A stretch of 32,068 bases of DNA from Thermodesulfovibrionales bacterium (GCA_021129835.1 JAJOKM010000043.1:1-32068); one strand, 5' to 3'; counted from the first letter of the stretch, positions 1 to 7,863 are shown. Numbers and translations: made by a program. Notes: generated from the sequence alone by a model not told the origin.

Positions 1-54
1 GCCTAAAGTATTTAAAGTGCCTAAAGTATTTAAAGTGCCTAAAGTATTTAAAAT
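1..54. repeat. Tandem direct repeat, 3 x 18 nt (GCCTAAAGTATTTAAAGT), cut by the window edge
   Basis: Read directly: nt 1-18 equal 19-36, and 37-54 differs at one base (..AAAAT). There are no spacers between units. Confidence 0.9.
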
Positions 55-58
55 ATTA

Positions 59-250
59 GGTTCTTCTCCAAAAAGTGTAGTTGCCCGCATGGTAGTGTAG
101 CCCTTTATGGGCGTAATTAAATATTAAATTCATCTGTGGGTTGCAGTACAAAGCCCGCTCAAGACGAATTTTCTTGGGTATTTTGGGTTCATATGTTTAC
201 GGGCATAAAGCCCTACACTACCTGATCTCTACTAAATTTGGAGAAGAGCC
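59..250. repeat. 192-bp palindromic ORF-less element. Arms are 59-115 and 198-250, and the arm module recurs at 32016-32068
   Basis: The left arm GGTTCTTCTCCAAA...GGTAGTGTAG-CCCTTTATGGG-CGTA is mirrored by the right arm TACGGGCATAAAGCCCTACACTACC...TTTGGAGAAGAGCC. The reverse complement of 198-250 matches 32016-32068 at 51 of 53 positions. Confidence 0.85.
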
Positions 251-284
251 AACATTATTAAGAGGCTCTTGCAAAAGTCTCTGT

Positions 285-350
285 TTGTCATTTCCGTGAT
301 CCCGCACACTGTCATTCCCGCAGTTTTTTTGAGCGGGAATGACAGTATCC
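285..350. repeat. GTCATTCCCGC-family hairpin repeat (copy C1)
   Basis: There is a perfect 13-bp stem, CTGTCATTCCCGC (309-321) with GCGGGAATGACAG (333-345). The flanking TTGTCATTTCCGTGATCCCGCAC recurs inverted at 13472-13493, and GGATACTGTCATTCCCGCTCAAA recurs at 13310-13332. Confidence 0.85.
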
Positions 351-523
351 TTTAAAAATAGTTCCCTGCTTACTGTCTGCAGGGACAAGCTTTGCGGGTA
401 TGACGACAAAGCCCTTTCGGCCCGCTCGAGAAGCGGGTACTACATATTAAAGAATAAAGAGCGGGTACTACATATTCGAGATCCTTTTTCGATCTCTTCT
501 TTTCATGCAGTATCCATCAGCGC

Positions 524-1345
524 CTACATAGACCTAAGTCTTGCTATTCTCTTTTCGACTGGCGGATGGGTGCTGAAAAGCTTTAAAATACCGCCACCAG
601 AGAGGGGATTCACTATAAACATATGAGAAGTTGCAGGGTTAGCATCAAAGGGCACTTCTTTAGATGATGTGTGGAGTTTTCTAAGGGCACTAGATAGATG
701 CAGAGGAGTGCCGGCTATCTTTGCCCCACCTTCATCTGCATCGTACTCCCTTGAGCGCGATATTGCCGTTTGCACCAACAAGGCAGCTATTGGCCCAACT
801 ATCATTAAAGCAATAGCGACAATTGGATTGTTCCCCCCGCCTCTTCCAGATATCATCGACCATTTTGCCATCTGTGCGATATAACTTATGGATCCTGCAA
901 TTGCGGCCGCAATTGTGCCTACAAGTATATCTCTATGTTTGATATGTGACAGTTCGTGCCCTATAACCCCCTCAAGTTCTTCCTTCGACAGGAGTTTTAT
1001 AATGCCCGTCGTTACAGCAATAGCGCCATTTTCTGGATTTCTTCCTGTCGCAAAGGCATTAGGCTGATCTTGATTGATAATATAAACCCTCGGGACAGGG
1101 ATTTCTGCCTTGTAAGCAAGTCTCTTTACCATGTTGAATAAGCCAGGGGCTTCCGTCTCTATGACTTGCCTAGCGCCATACATCTTCAGAACTATCTTGT
1201 CGCTGAACCAATAGGCAATAAAATTTATGCCAAATGCCATAAGAAGAGCAAATGTCATTCCTCCTCTGCCAGCGAGGATGCCTCCTATTGCTATAAGCAT
1301 TAATGTCAGAGTTATCATCAAGACCGCTGTCTTTAGTCCGTTCAT
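524..1345 (-). CDS. htpX: HtpX-type M48 zinc metalloprotease (membrane protein quality control)
   Basis: It has the HExxH motif in GVIGHELSHIKHRD, N-terminal TM helices, and a C-terminal STHPPVEKRIARL typical of HtpX. The full-length ORF is 273 aa. Confidence 0.92.
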   Translation of the reverse strand: MNGLKTAVLMITLTLMLIAIGGILAGRGGMTFALLMAFGINFIAYWFSDKIVLKMYGARQVIETEAPGLFNMVKRLAYKAEIPVPRVYIINQDQPNAFATGRNPENGAIAVTTGIIKLLSKEELEGVIGHELSHIKHRDILVGTIAAAIAGSISYIAQMAKWSMISGRGGGNNPIVAIALMIVGPIAALLVQTAISRSREYDADEGGAKIAGTPLHLSSALRKLHTSSKEVPFDANPATSHMFIVNPLSGGGILKLFSTHPPVEKRIARLRSM

Positions 1346-1476
1346 TTTTTTATGCCTCCTATTGCTAAATTTCGTTATGAGCCAAATTAGTTATACTATA
1401 AGGCAGTGTATCATATTTTTATTAATTATGCAATAAAAAAGTTAAACCCACTTTACCGAAAGGACAATATAGGGAT

Positions 1477-3099
1477 TTGAGCGCTAAAGGCAGGATAACA
1501 AAGGCAGCAGGGAAGGTGTCCATCGCGGTCTTTACAAGTCGGATACTCGGCTATGTAAAAGACATGATGCTCGCCAGTCTCTTTGGTGCAACCGGAGTTG
1601 CAGATGTCTTCTTCGTTGCCTTCAGAATCCCCAATCTCTTAAGAGAACTCTTTGCTGAAGGCGCAATGTCAGCAGCCTTTATCCCTGTTTTGACAGAATA
1701 CCAGACAAAACATGGACATGACGAGGCAAACAGGATCGTCAGGGCAACATTTATATTTATTATTATATTTGTTGGTTTAATCTGTGTTCTTGGAATTGTT
1801 TTTGCTCCATTGATAGTCTCGGTAATTGCCCCCGGTTTTTTGAACGAACCCGAAAAATTCTCAAAGACTGTCTTCCTCACCAGAATAATGTTTCCTTTTC
1901 TTTTATTCATAAGCCTTACTGCCCTCACAATGGGAGCTCTCAACACAAGGAGAGTCTTTTTTATTTCGGCGCTGTCACCTGCTATGCTTAACATTACAAT
2001 TATAGTCTGTATGTTAACCTTGGCAATACATTTTGTAGAACCAATTATAGCAGTAGCAATCGGCGTAACGGTAGGCGGTCTTGCGCAATTTCTGTTTCAG
2101 GTGCCTTCTTTCTTTAGGCAGGGATATACCTTCATATGGCCGAAGTCAAAAACAAGAGACCAGAAGATCGCCTCAGAAAGAGATAGAAATATCTCATCGC
2201 CGCTTCTTTGGCATCCTGGATTGAAAAAGATAGGGCTTCTTATAGTCCCTGCAACCGTAGGCATGGCAGCAACACAGATTAATGTGCTAATAAGCACGAT
2301 CTTAGCCTCGTATCTTCCGGAAGGGAGCATAACATTCCTCTACTTTTCGATGCGGTTAATACAATTCCCTATAGGTATGTTCGGTGTTGCCATGGGCATG
2401 GCGATCCTGCCCACGCTGTCAGAGCATTCAACGAGGAGAGAAATGGACAAGCTGAGGGATGACTTTTCTTTTGCCCTTCGACTGTTGTTTTTCATTGCAG
2501 TGCCAGCGATGGCAGGACTTGTTGTATTGAATATTCCTATTGTAAGCACCCTGTTTTACAGAGGAGCGTTTGATTATGCTGCAACCATAGCTACATCCGA
2601 CGCCCTGATGTTTTATGCCCTGGGGATATGGGCTATCGTGGGTGTTAAGGTTATAACGGCAACCTTTTACTCCATGCAGGATGTAAAGACGCCTATAAAG
2701 ATCGTTGTAATTGCAGTGATAATTAATATACTGTTTAGTCTCTTGCTGATTGGACCAATGAAGCACAACGGGCTTGCCCTTGCCAATACTATTTCGGCAG
2801 GATGTAGTTTTATGCTCCTCTTTTATTTCCTGCGAAATAGGCTGGGCAGTATCGAAACAAAAAAAATAGCTACTTCTCTTATAAAGGCGCTCTTTGCGGT
2901 TACAGTTATGGGAGGGGCAGGTTGGCTTATCGCGGACAACGAAATCTGGGCACTGAGTGGATATGGTCTCCAGAAAGCCATATATCTTGGTGCGACAATA
3001 GCGGCCTGTGTCGGAATATATTTATTCATATCTTATTTGCTAAAAAGTGAGGAGATGAGTTATATTTTGAGAAAGATGAAAGAGCGAGGGCGTAAATAA
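1477..3099 (+). CDS. murJ: Lipid II flippase MurJ/MviN
   Basis: The N-terminal signature SRILGYVKDMMLASLFGATGVADVFFVAFRIPNLLRELFAEGAMSAAFIPV is present. The protein is a polytopic 540-aa membrane protein. The start codon at 1477 is TTG. Confidence 0.92.
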   Translation: MSAKGRITKAAGKVSIAVFTSRILGYVKDMMLASLFGATGVADVFFVAFRIPNLLRELFAEGAMSAAFIPVLTEYQTKHGHDEANRIVRATFIFIIIFVGLICVLGIVFAPLIVSVIAPGFLNEPEKFSKTVFLTRIMFPFLLFISLTALTMGALNTRRVFFISALSPAMLNITIIVCMLTLAIHFVEPIIAVAIGVTVGGLAQFLFQVPSFFRQGYTFIWPKSKTRDQKIASERDRNISSPLLWHPGLKKIGLLIVPATVGMAATQINVLISTILASYLPEGSITFLYFSMRLIQFPIGMFGVAMGMAILPTLSEHSTRREMDKLRDDFSFALRLLFFIAVPAMAGLVVLNIPIVSTLFYRGAFDYAATIATSDALMFYALGIWAIVGVKVITATFYSMQDVKTPIKIVVIAVIINILFSLLLIGPMKHNGLALANTISAGCSFMLLFYFLRNRLGSIETKKIATSLIKALFAVTVMGGAGWLIADNEIWALSGYGLQKAIYLGATIAACVGIYLFISYLLKSEEMSYILRKMKERGRK

Positions 3100-3109
3100 G
3101 TAAACGGGG

Positions 3110-3260
3110 GTAGTAGTTCACCCCACCCTATCCCTCCCCCTTTGGAAAAGGGGGATTCAGGGGGATTAAGGGGGATTTTCAGATAAATATTCATTATAAA
3201 ATCTCCCCTCACCCCTCTTTGCCAAAGAGGGGAAGAAAGAAAATATAGGTGAACTATTAC
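3110..3260. repeat. MITE-like element B1 (GTAGTAGTTCACC ... GGTGAACTATTAC termini)
   Basis: The 13-nt termini are inverted and match at 12 of 13 positions. Internal hairpins are TCCCCC..GGGGGA and CCCCTCTTT-GCC-AAAGAGGGG. A C-run motif CCCC-A-CCC-TAT-CCC-T-CCCCC lies at 3121-3140, which is a G4 motif on the minus strand. The element fills the murJ to MBL-hydrolase spacer. Confidence 0.8.
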
Positions 3261-3272
3261 AACGGAGGAGAT

Positions 3273-3917
3273 ATGTTGATTATAGGCATAACAGTCGGCC
3301 CACTCCAGGTTAATTGTCTCATTATTGCGAGCGATGAATCTAAAAAGGCCATAGTAATCGACCCTGGAGATGAAACCGAAAGAATTATGGATGCTATCAA
3401 TGAAAATAGTCTTATTGTAGAGCATATTATCTGTACCCATGGTCACTTTGACCATGTTGGAGTGGTGGGCGACTTAAAGAAAGAGACAGGGGCAAAGGCC
3501 ACAATCCACAAAGACGAAATTGAGATATATGCCAGTGCAAAAAAGATGGCCTCGCTATTTGGATATGATCTCGACCCGCTACCAGAGCCTGATATATTGG
3601 TTAAAGATGGAGATGTTGTCAGTGTCGGAACTCTAAACTTCGAGGTCTTTCATACACCAGGTCATACACCAGGCGGAATATGCCTTTATTTCTCATCACT
3701 AGGAAAAAGCGATGGCACTGTTATCACAGGCGACACCCTTTTTGCAGGCGCTGTTGGAAGAACAGATCTTTATGGCGGCGACATGAATAAACTCAGTGAA
3801 TCTTTCAAAAGGCTAATGGCCTTGCCTGACAATACAAAGGTTCTACCAGGCCACGGACCTGCAACAACAATTGGCCGTGAAAAAAGGGAAAATATGTTTT
3901 CAGGGCAATATCTCTGA
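3273..3917 (+). CDS. MBL-fold metallo-hydrolase (glyoxalase II-like)
   Basis: It has an HxHxDH motif (CTHGHFDHVG), a downstream HTPGHTPG, and a C-terminal LPGHGP. I place the start at ATG 3273, preceded by GGAGGAG (3265-3271), rather than at the track's GTG 3249, which lies inside repeat B1. Confidence 0.88.
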   Translation: MLIIGITVGPLQVNCLIIASDESKKAIVIDPGDETERIMDAINENSLIVEHIICTHGHFDHVGVVGDLKKETGAKATIHKDEIEIYASAKKMASLFGYDLDPLPEPDILVKDGDVVSVGTLNFEVFHTPGHTPGGICLYFSSLGKSDGTVITGDTLFAGAVGRTDLYGGDMNKLSESFKRLMALPDNTKVLPGHGPATTIGREKRENMFSGQYL

Positions 3918-4020
3918 TCGGCGTTTATTCCCTTTTTCATTGCCTCATAGTTTTTGTCTAACGAAACAGCTATAAGTTATCCTATTTCGAATAGATTTTT
4001 AGATGAGGCAACTCGGTTAT

Positions 4021-4048
4021 TTGCCTTTCGGCATCTGTTTGTTATACT
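4021..4048 (+). promoter_or_regulatory. Possible sigma70-type promoter for the tRNA gene
   Basis: TTGCCT (4021-4026), a 16-nt spacer, then TATACT (4043-4048), lying 29 nt upstream of the mature tRNA 5' end. This is a pattern match only. Confidence 0.35.
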
Positions 4049-4076
4049 ATTATTATATATTATTGCTTGCTCTAGA

Positions 4077-4150
4077 GGCGGTGTAGCTCAGCTGGTAAGA
4101 GCATGCGGCTCATATCCGCAGTGTCCGGGGTTCAAATCCCTGCACCGCCA
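4077..4150 (+). tRNA. tRNA with CAT anticodon (elongator Met type; a lysidine-modified Ile2 is not excluded)
   Basis: A cloverleaf was folded by hand. The acceptor stem is GGCGGTG/CACCGCC, the D arm GCTC..GAGC, the anticodon stem TGCGG/CCGCA with loop CTCATAT, and the T arm CGGGG-TTCAAAT-CCCTG. The discriminator is A and no CCA is encoded. The G1-C72 pair argues against an initiator tRNA. Confidence 0.9.
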
Positions 4151-4189
4151 TCAACTGAAAAGCGCGAGTAACTACTCCGGTTATCAAGC

Positions 4190-4296
4190 TCAAAATTCAC
4201 GATTCACAATCTTTATCAGGGTATCAGGTTCAAGGTTCACTGTTCGATAGTTAACAACCTTTCAGAACCCTTGAACCGTAAACCTGAGACCTGAAA
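4190..4296. repeat. Heptad-periodic palindromic intergenic element (copy a)
   Basis: It reads AATTCAC GATTCAC ... AGGTTCA AGGTTCA CTGTTCG ... TTGAACC GTAAACC TGAGACC. Its core at 4225-4288 is homologous to 31934-32001. It lies between the convergent tRNA and slt genes. Confidence 0.85.
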
Positions 4297-4304
4297 TAGA
4301 TACC

Positions 4305-6458
4305 TTAGAAATGTCCCTTATATCTCTTGATGGCGGCTACATCAATGTCTCCACTTGCCCGCATATATTCAAAATGATTAGTCAGCACCCTTATAACATA
4401 ATTTCGCGTTTCTCGGAATGGTATGTTTTCTATGAATTCATCAATCGCGGTGTAGTTTCCCCTTTCCACCCATATCTTTACATTGCTCGCTCCTGCATTA
4501 TATGCTGCAAGAGCTATGGGGATATAGTTAAAAATGTCTAAACGATTTCTTAGATAATAGGTGCCCAGAAGGATATTGGTCCTTACATCATAGAGGTCGT
4601 CAATACTTGCGATTTCTTTGCCGATATATCCAGAAACTCTTTGTGCGGTTTTAGGCATCAACTGCATTAATCCTCTTGCTCCGGCGACTGACCTTGCATT
4701 AGGGTCAAATTTCGATTCCTGTCTAATTACTGCAAGAATTAAGAGTGGGTCTATCTCTTTTTTCTTTGAGGCCTCTTCAATCTCTGGCAGAAATGCCATA
4801 GGAAAAAGTATTTCGTGCGGCCTTTCACCACGCGGAACTCGCGAAATAAGTCTGATGGCCATTCTATAATTTCCAAGCTTTCTCAGACGAGAGCTTAGAT
4901 ATATAAGTTCACTGCGAGATGGATCTTTCCCCGATAGGTGTATTAATTCTGAAATTGCTTCTCTCTTGAATCCAAGCGCTGATAGAATGTCAACCCTCTC
5001 CACTGATGGTAAAGAGGAGGGCAGAAGTGCAACTGGTTGATATGCTATTTCTTCGATGCCAGGTATCTTCTGATTATTCCTCAGCATCGACATGAATACA
5101 TAAAAATCATGGTCTGGACTGCCTGTTAACCGATATGTCATTGGCAATTCTTGTCTGCCTAATATCTCAGCGCACCTGTTCTTCCAATAAAGGTACCTGG
5201 TGCTACCATACCTCTTATAGAGTTTCGAGAATATCTCATAGGCGTCTTTGTGGTTTCTCGATAAAAAGTATGTCCAGCCCTTTGCCCATAAGGCGCCCCT
5301 TTTTTTAGACGGAAACTCTGATATCACCATGTTGAAGATTTTTATTGCGCCTTCAATGTCTCCCCCTGCCCTTTTTTTCCTCAGCCCATGAGCAATTAAT
5401 ACAGGTACAACGCCTTCATCGCCTGCCTTTATCAATGCCGGCAATTCTGCCTCGAATATCTCCATATCACCTGCCCTAATGGCCAATCTAAATAAAGATC
5501 GTGCCCACCAAGAGTAGTTATTGAGTTCCCGATACAGCTCCGCAGCATCTCTGTAATATCTCTGCCTGAATAAAGAGAGGGCAAGTCCTCCTATTATTTC
5601 ATTCCTGAACTCCCCGCCATCATCTCTTTTCAGGGCCTCCTCGAAGGCTTTTTTTGATTCTCTGAACATCCTTGCCCTATTATGATTGTTGCCCCTCTTA
5701 ATAAGGTCTTCGATCGCTATGTCAGATGGCAATAATTTATTTAGTGCATCTTTTGACAGCGGTGATGTGGATCTAAATATCTCTCTAAAGACATCTGTTG
5801 CCTTTTTTGTCTCATCGTTTCTCTTAAGAAAAAGGGCATACGCATATTTTATCTCAAATTCACTTGGATAATCCCTGACAAAAGCTTCGAATAATTCAAC
5901 TGCATCCATACTGTTTTTCTCTATAAGGAGCTCTATTTCGAGCCTTTTTGCATCTCTGACTAGGGGGAAATCTCCATATTTATCCCTGATACTTCTCAGG
6001 TCAGATATGGCTCTGTTTATTTCTCCTTTATTTTTAAATGCCATTGCCCTCCACAAAAGGACGTAGTCGCCCAAAACAGGCAGTCTATTATAAGCTACCG
6101 TCAGGTAAGCTATCGCACCTTTATAGTCGCCCGCAGCAAGGCTGCTTTTTCCTGCTAAAAGGTAGTATGCCGCCTCATCTGATGGAATATTTCTGGTTTT
6201 ATCAGAAGCAGACGAGATTGCGGGTGAGATTAAAAACAATACCAAAGCGGTCAAGAGTAAGGAATTTTTGATGAAATGTAATAGTTCAGCTCCCCCTAAC
6301 CCCCTCCCGCCAGGGGTGGGGGAATGTTTATTGATAATATTCCATACTACATCCCCAAAAGGGCTGGTGACCTTTTGGGGACCCCTTAATTCCCTCCCTC
6401 TTGACGGGGGAGGGTTAGGGTGGGGGCGAACTATTGCCATAAAATGCATATTCAGCAT
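4305..6458 (-). CDS. slt: Soluble lytic murein transglycosylase (Slt70-like); start codon uncertain
   Basis: The C-terminal SLT domain carries the catalytic Glu motif AVIRQESKFDPNARSVAGARGLMQLMP and AAYNAG. The N-domain is long and alpha-superhelical. A signal-like segment KNSLLLTALVLFLISPAISSASD follows about 60 codons that are encoded by repeat B2. Confidence 0.88.
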   Translation of the reverse strand: MLNMHFMAIVRPHPNPPPSRGRELRGPQKVTSPFGDVVWNIINKHSPTPGGRGLGGAELLHFIKNSLLLTALVLFLISPAISSASDKTRNIPSDEAAYYLLAGKSSLAAGDYKGAIAYLTVAYNRLPVLGDYVLLWRAMAFKNKGEINRAISDLRSIRDKYGDFPLVRDAKRLEIELLIEKNSMDAVELFEAFVRDYPSEFEIKYAYALFLKRNDETKKATDVFREIFRSTSPLSKDALNKLLPSDIAIEDLIKRGNNHNRARMFRESKKAFEEALKRDDGGEFRNEIIGGLALSLFRQRYYRDAAELYRELNNYSWWARSLFRLAIRAGDMEIFEAELPALIKAGDEGVVPVLIAHGLRKKRAGGDIEGAIKIFNMVISEFPSKKRGALWAKGWTYFLSRNHKDAYEIFSKLYKRYGSTRYLYWKNRCAEILGRQELPMTYRLTGSPDHDFYVFMSMLRNNQKIPGIEEIAYQPVALLPSSLPSVERVDILSALGFKREAISELIHLSGKDPSRSELIYLSSRLRKLGNYRMAIRLISRVPRGERPHEILFPMAFLPEIEEASKKKEIDPLLILAVIRQESKFDPNARSVAGARGLMQLMPKTAQRVSGYIGKEIASIDDLYDVRTNILLGTYYLRNRLDIFNYIPIALAAYNAGASNVKIWVERGNYTAIDEFIENIPFRETRNYVIRVLTNHFEYMRASGDIDVAAIKRYKGHF
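6278..6437. repeat. MITE-like element B2 (GTAATAGTTCAGC ... GGCGAACTATTGC)
   Basis: The termini are inverted and match at 11 of 13 positions. A perfect central 10-bp hairpin pairs CCCCAAAAGG (6353-6362) with CCTTTTGGGG (6371-6380). A G4 motif GGGGG-A-GGG-TTA-GGG-T-GGGGG lies at 6406-6426. The element sits inside the annotated 5' end of slt. Confidence 0.8.
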
Positions 6459-6514
6459 AGATACCTCTGTGGTGTATTTTAAAAATGGTTTCGTTCTGCT
6501 AAGTTTGTGTTGTT

Positions 6515-7723
6515 TTAAAATTGCCTCAGATACTCCATGAAGGAATCAAAATTCCTCTTTGTCTCGACCATGCTGTCTCCGCCAAATTTTTCTAAAAAGG
6601 CATCAGCAATCACGATGGCCGTCATCGCCTCTCCAATAATCGAGGCCGAGGGAACTGCGCATGTATCTGAGCGTTCATATGCCGCCTCAAAAGGTCTTTT
6701 TGTAATTATATCCACAGAACTCAGTGGTCTTTTTAAGGTGGGTATTGGTTTCATTGATGCCCTCATGACTACAGGCATGCCATTTGTCATTCCTCCCTCG
6801 ATTCCTCCAGCATTATTTGTTTTTCTGTAAAATCCCATACCCGTCCCCTGCCCTCCGATTCTTGAGTCCTCAAAAAATACCTCATCCATAACCTCTGAAC
6901 CAAATCTTTCTGCCATCTTTAAGCCTGCTCCGACCTCAACAGCTTTTATTGCCTGAATAGAAAAGAGTGCCTGCGAAAGGCGAGCATCGAGTCTCTTGTC
7001 CCATTGTATATGGCTGCCGAGACCGGGGGGAACTCCTGCCGCAACTACTTCAAATACACCTCCAATAGTATCTCCATTGTCTGTTGCCCTGTCAATCAAT
7101 TTCATCATTTTCTGGCCTGCTTCTTCGATCGGACACCTTACAGGGGATGCGTCGACATTTTCGAGAAATTCATCTGAAATATAATCTGTAGTCCATGACA
7201 TTATATTTTCAGCCCTGATACTACCTATCTGGATAACATAGCTGCCGAGATTTATTCCAAACTCTGAAATAAATCTCTTTGCTACTGCACCGATGGCAAC
7301 CCGCATCGCTGTCTCTCTTGCACTGGCACGTTCAAGGATATTTCGTATATCTGTGTGTGAATATTTTAGGGCGCCTGCAAGGTCAGCATGGCCAGGCCTT
7401 GGACGGGTTACTGCAGGGATGGAGTCTTCATGTCTGCCTTCTGAAGACATACCCTCCTGCCAGTTTTTCCAATCCCTGTTTTCGATGAAGATAGATATCG
7501 GTGAGCCTGTGGTCTTCCCCCATCTTACGCCGGATGTTACCTCGGCGCAGTCATGCTCAATCTTCATTCTATCACCACGCCCATATCCCTTCTGTCTCCT
7601 TTTGAGCTCCCTGTCGATATCGTCTGGTGGTAGAGAAAGACCTGATGGAATTCCCTCGAGTATTCCTATTAACCCTTTCCCGTGGGATTCGCCTGAAGTA
7701 AGAAATCTGAGCCTACCCATCAT
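6515..7723 (-). CDS. aroC: Chorismate synthase
   Basis: The N-terminus MGRLRFLTSGESHGKGLIGILEGIP and the internal RPGHADLAG and GGIEGGMTNG motifs are present. The ORF is 402 aa. Confidence 0.95.
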   Translation of the reverse strand: MMGRLRFLTSGESHGKGLIGILEGIPSGLSLPPDDIDRELKRRQKGYGRGDRMKIEHDCAEVTSGVRWGKTTGSPISIFIENRDWKNWQEGMSSEGRHEDSIPAVTRPRPGHADLAGALKYSHTDIRNILERASARETAMRVAIGAVAKRFISEFGINLGSYVIQIGSIRAENIMSWTTDYISDEFLENVDASPVRCPIEEAGQKMMKLIDRATDNGDTIGGVFEVVAAGVPPGLGSHIQWDKRLDARLSQALFSIQAIKAVEVGAGLKMAERFGSEVMDEVFFEDSRIGGQGTGMGFYRKTNNAGGIEGGMTNGMPVVMRASMKPIPTLKRPLSSVDIITKRPFEAAYERSDTCAVPSASIIGEAMTAIVIADAFLEKFGGDSMVETKRNFDSFMEYLRQF

Positions 7724-7755
7724 GGCACTAAAATACCCCGAATCCCTCCTTTATT

Positions 7756-7863
7756 AGGTTCACGGTTAACAGTTTACAGTCCGCGGTTTACGGTTAACAG
7801 TTTACGTTAACTGATAACTGGCAACTGATAACTATCCTTTATAACCGTGAACTGTGAACCTGG
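7756..7863. repeat. Heptad-periodic palindromic intergenic element (copy c)
   Basis: It reads GGTTCAC GGTTAAC AGTTTAC AGTCCGC GGTTTAC GGTTAAC AGTTTAC GTTAAC TGATAAC TGGCAAC TGATAAC ... CGTGAAC TGTGAAC. Positions 7798-7846 are identical to 23650-23698. Confidence 0.9.

Noticed and set aside
1-54. Possible CRISPR array at the window start
   Set aside because: The 18-nt units are directly adjacent with no spacers, they are too short for CRISPR repeats, and no cas genes are present.
481-508. Hairpin GAGATC-CTTTTTC-GATCTC followed by TTCTTTTC as the htpX terminator
   Set aside because: The T-rich tract follows the stem only on the plus strand, while htpX is on the minus strand. The stem is short (6 bp) and weak.
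3954-4250. 98-aa ORF on the plus strand
   Set aside because: It runs straight through the tRNA gene and the heptad repeat, and it has no RBS and no recognisable domain, so it is spurious.
6268-6540. 90-aa plus-strand ORF, and the 63-aa ORF at 218-409 (-)
   Set aside because: Both are read-throughs of G/C-rich repeat elements, B2 and C1 respectively, giving low-complexity peptides of the PPNPLPPGVG and GNDSVRDHGND type.
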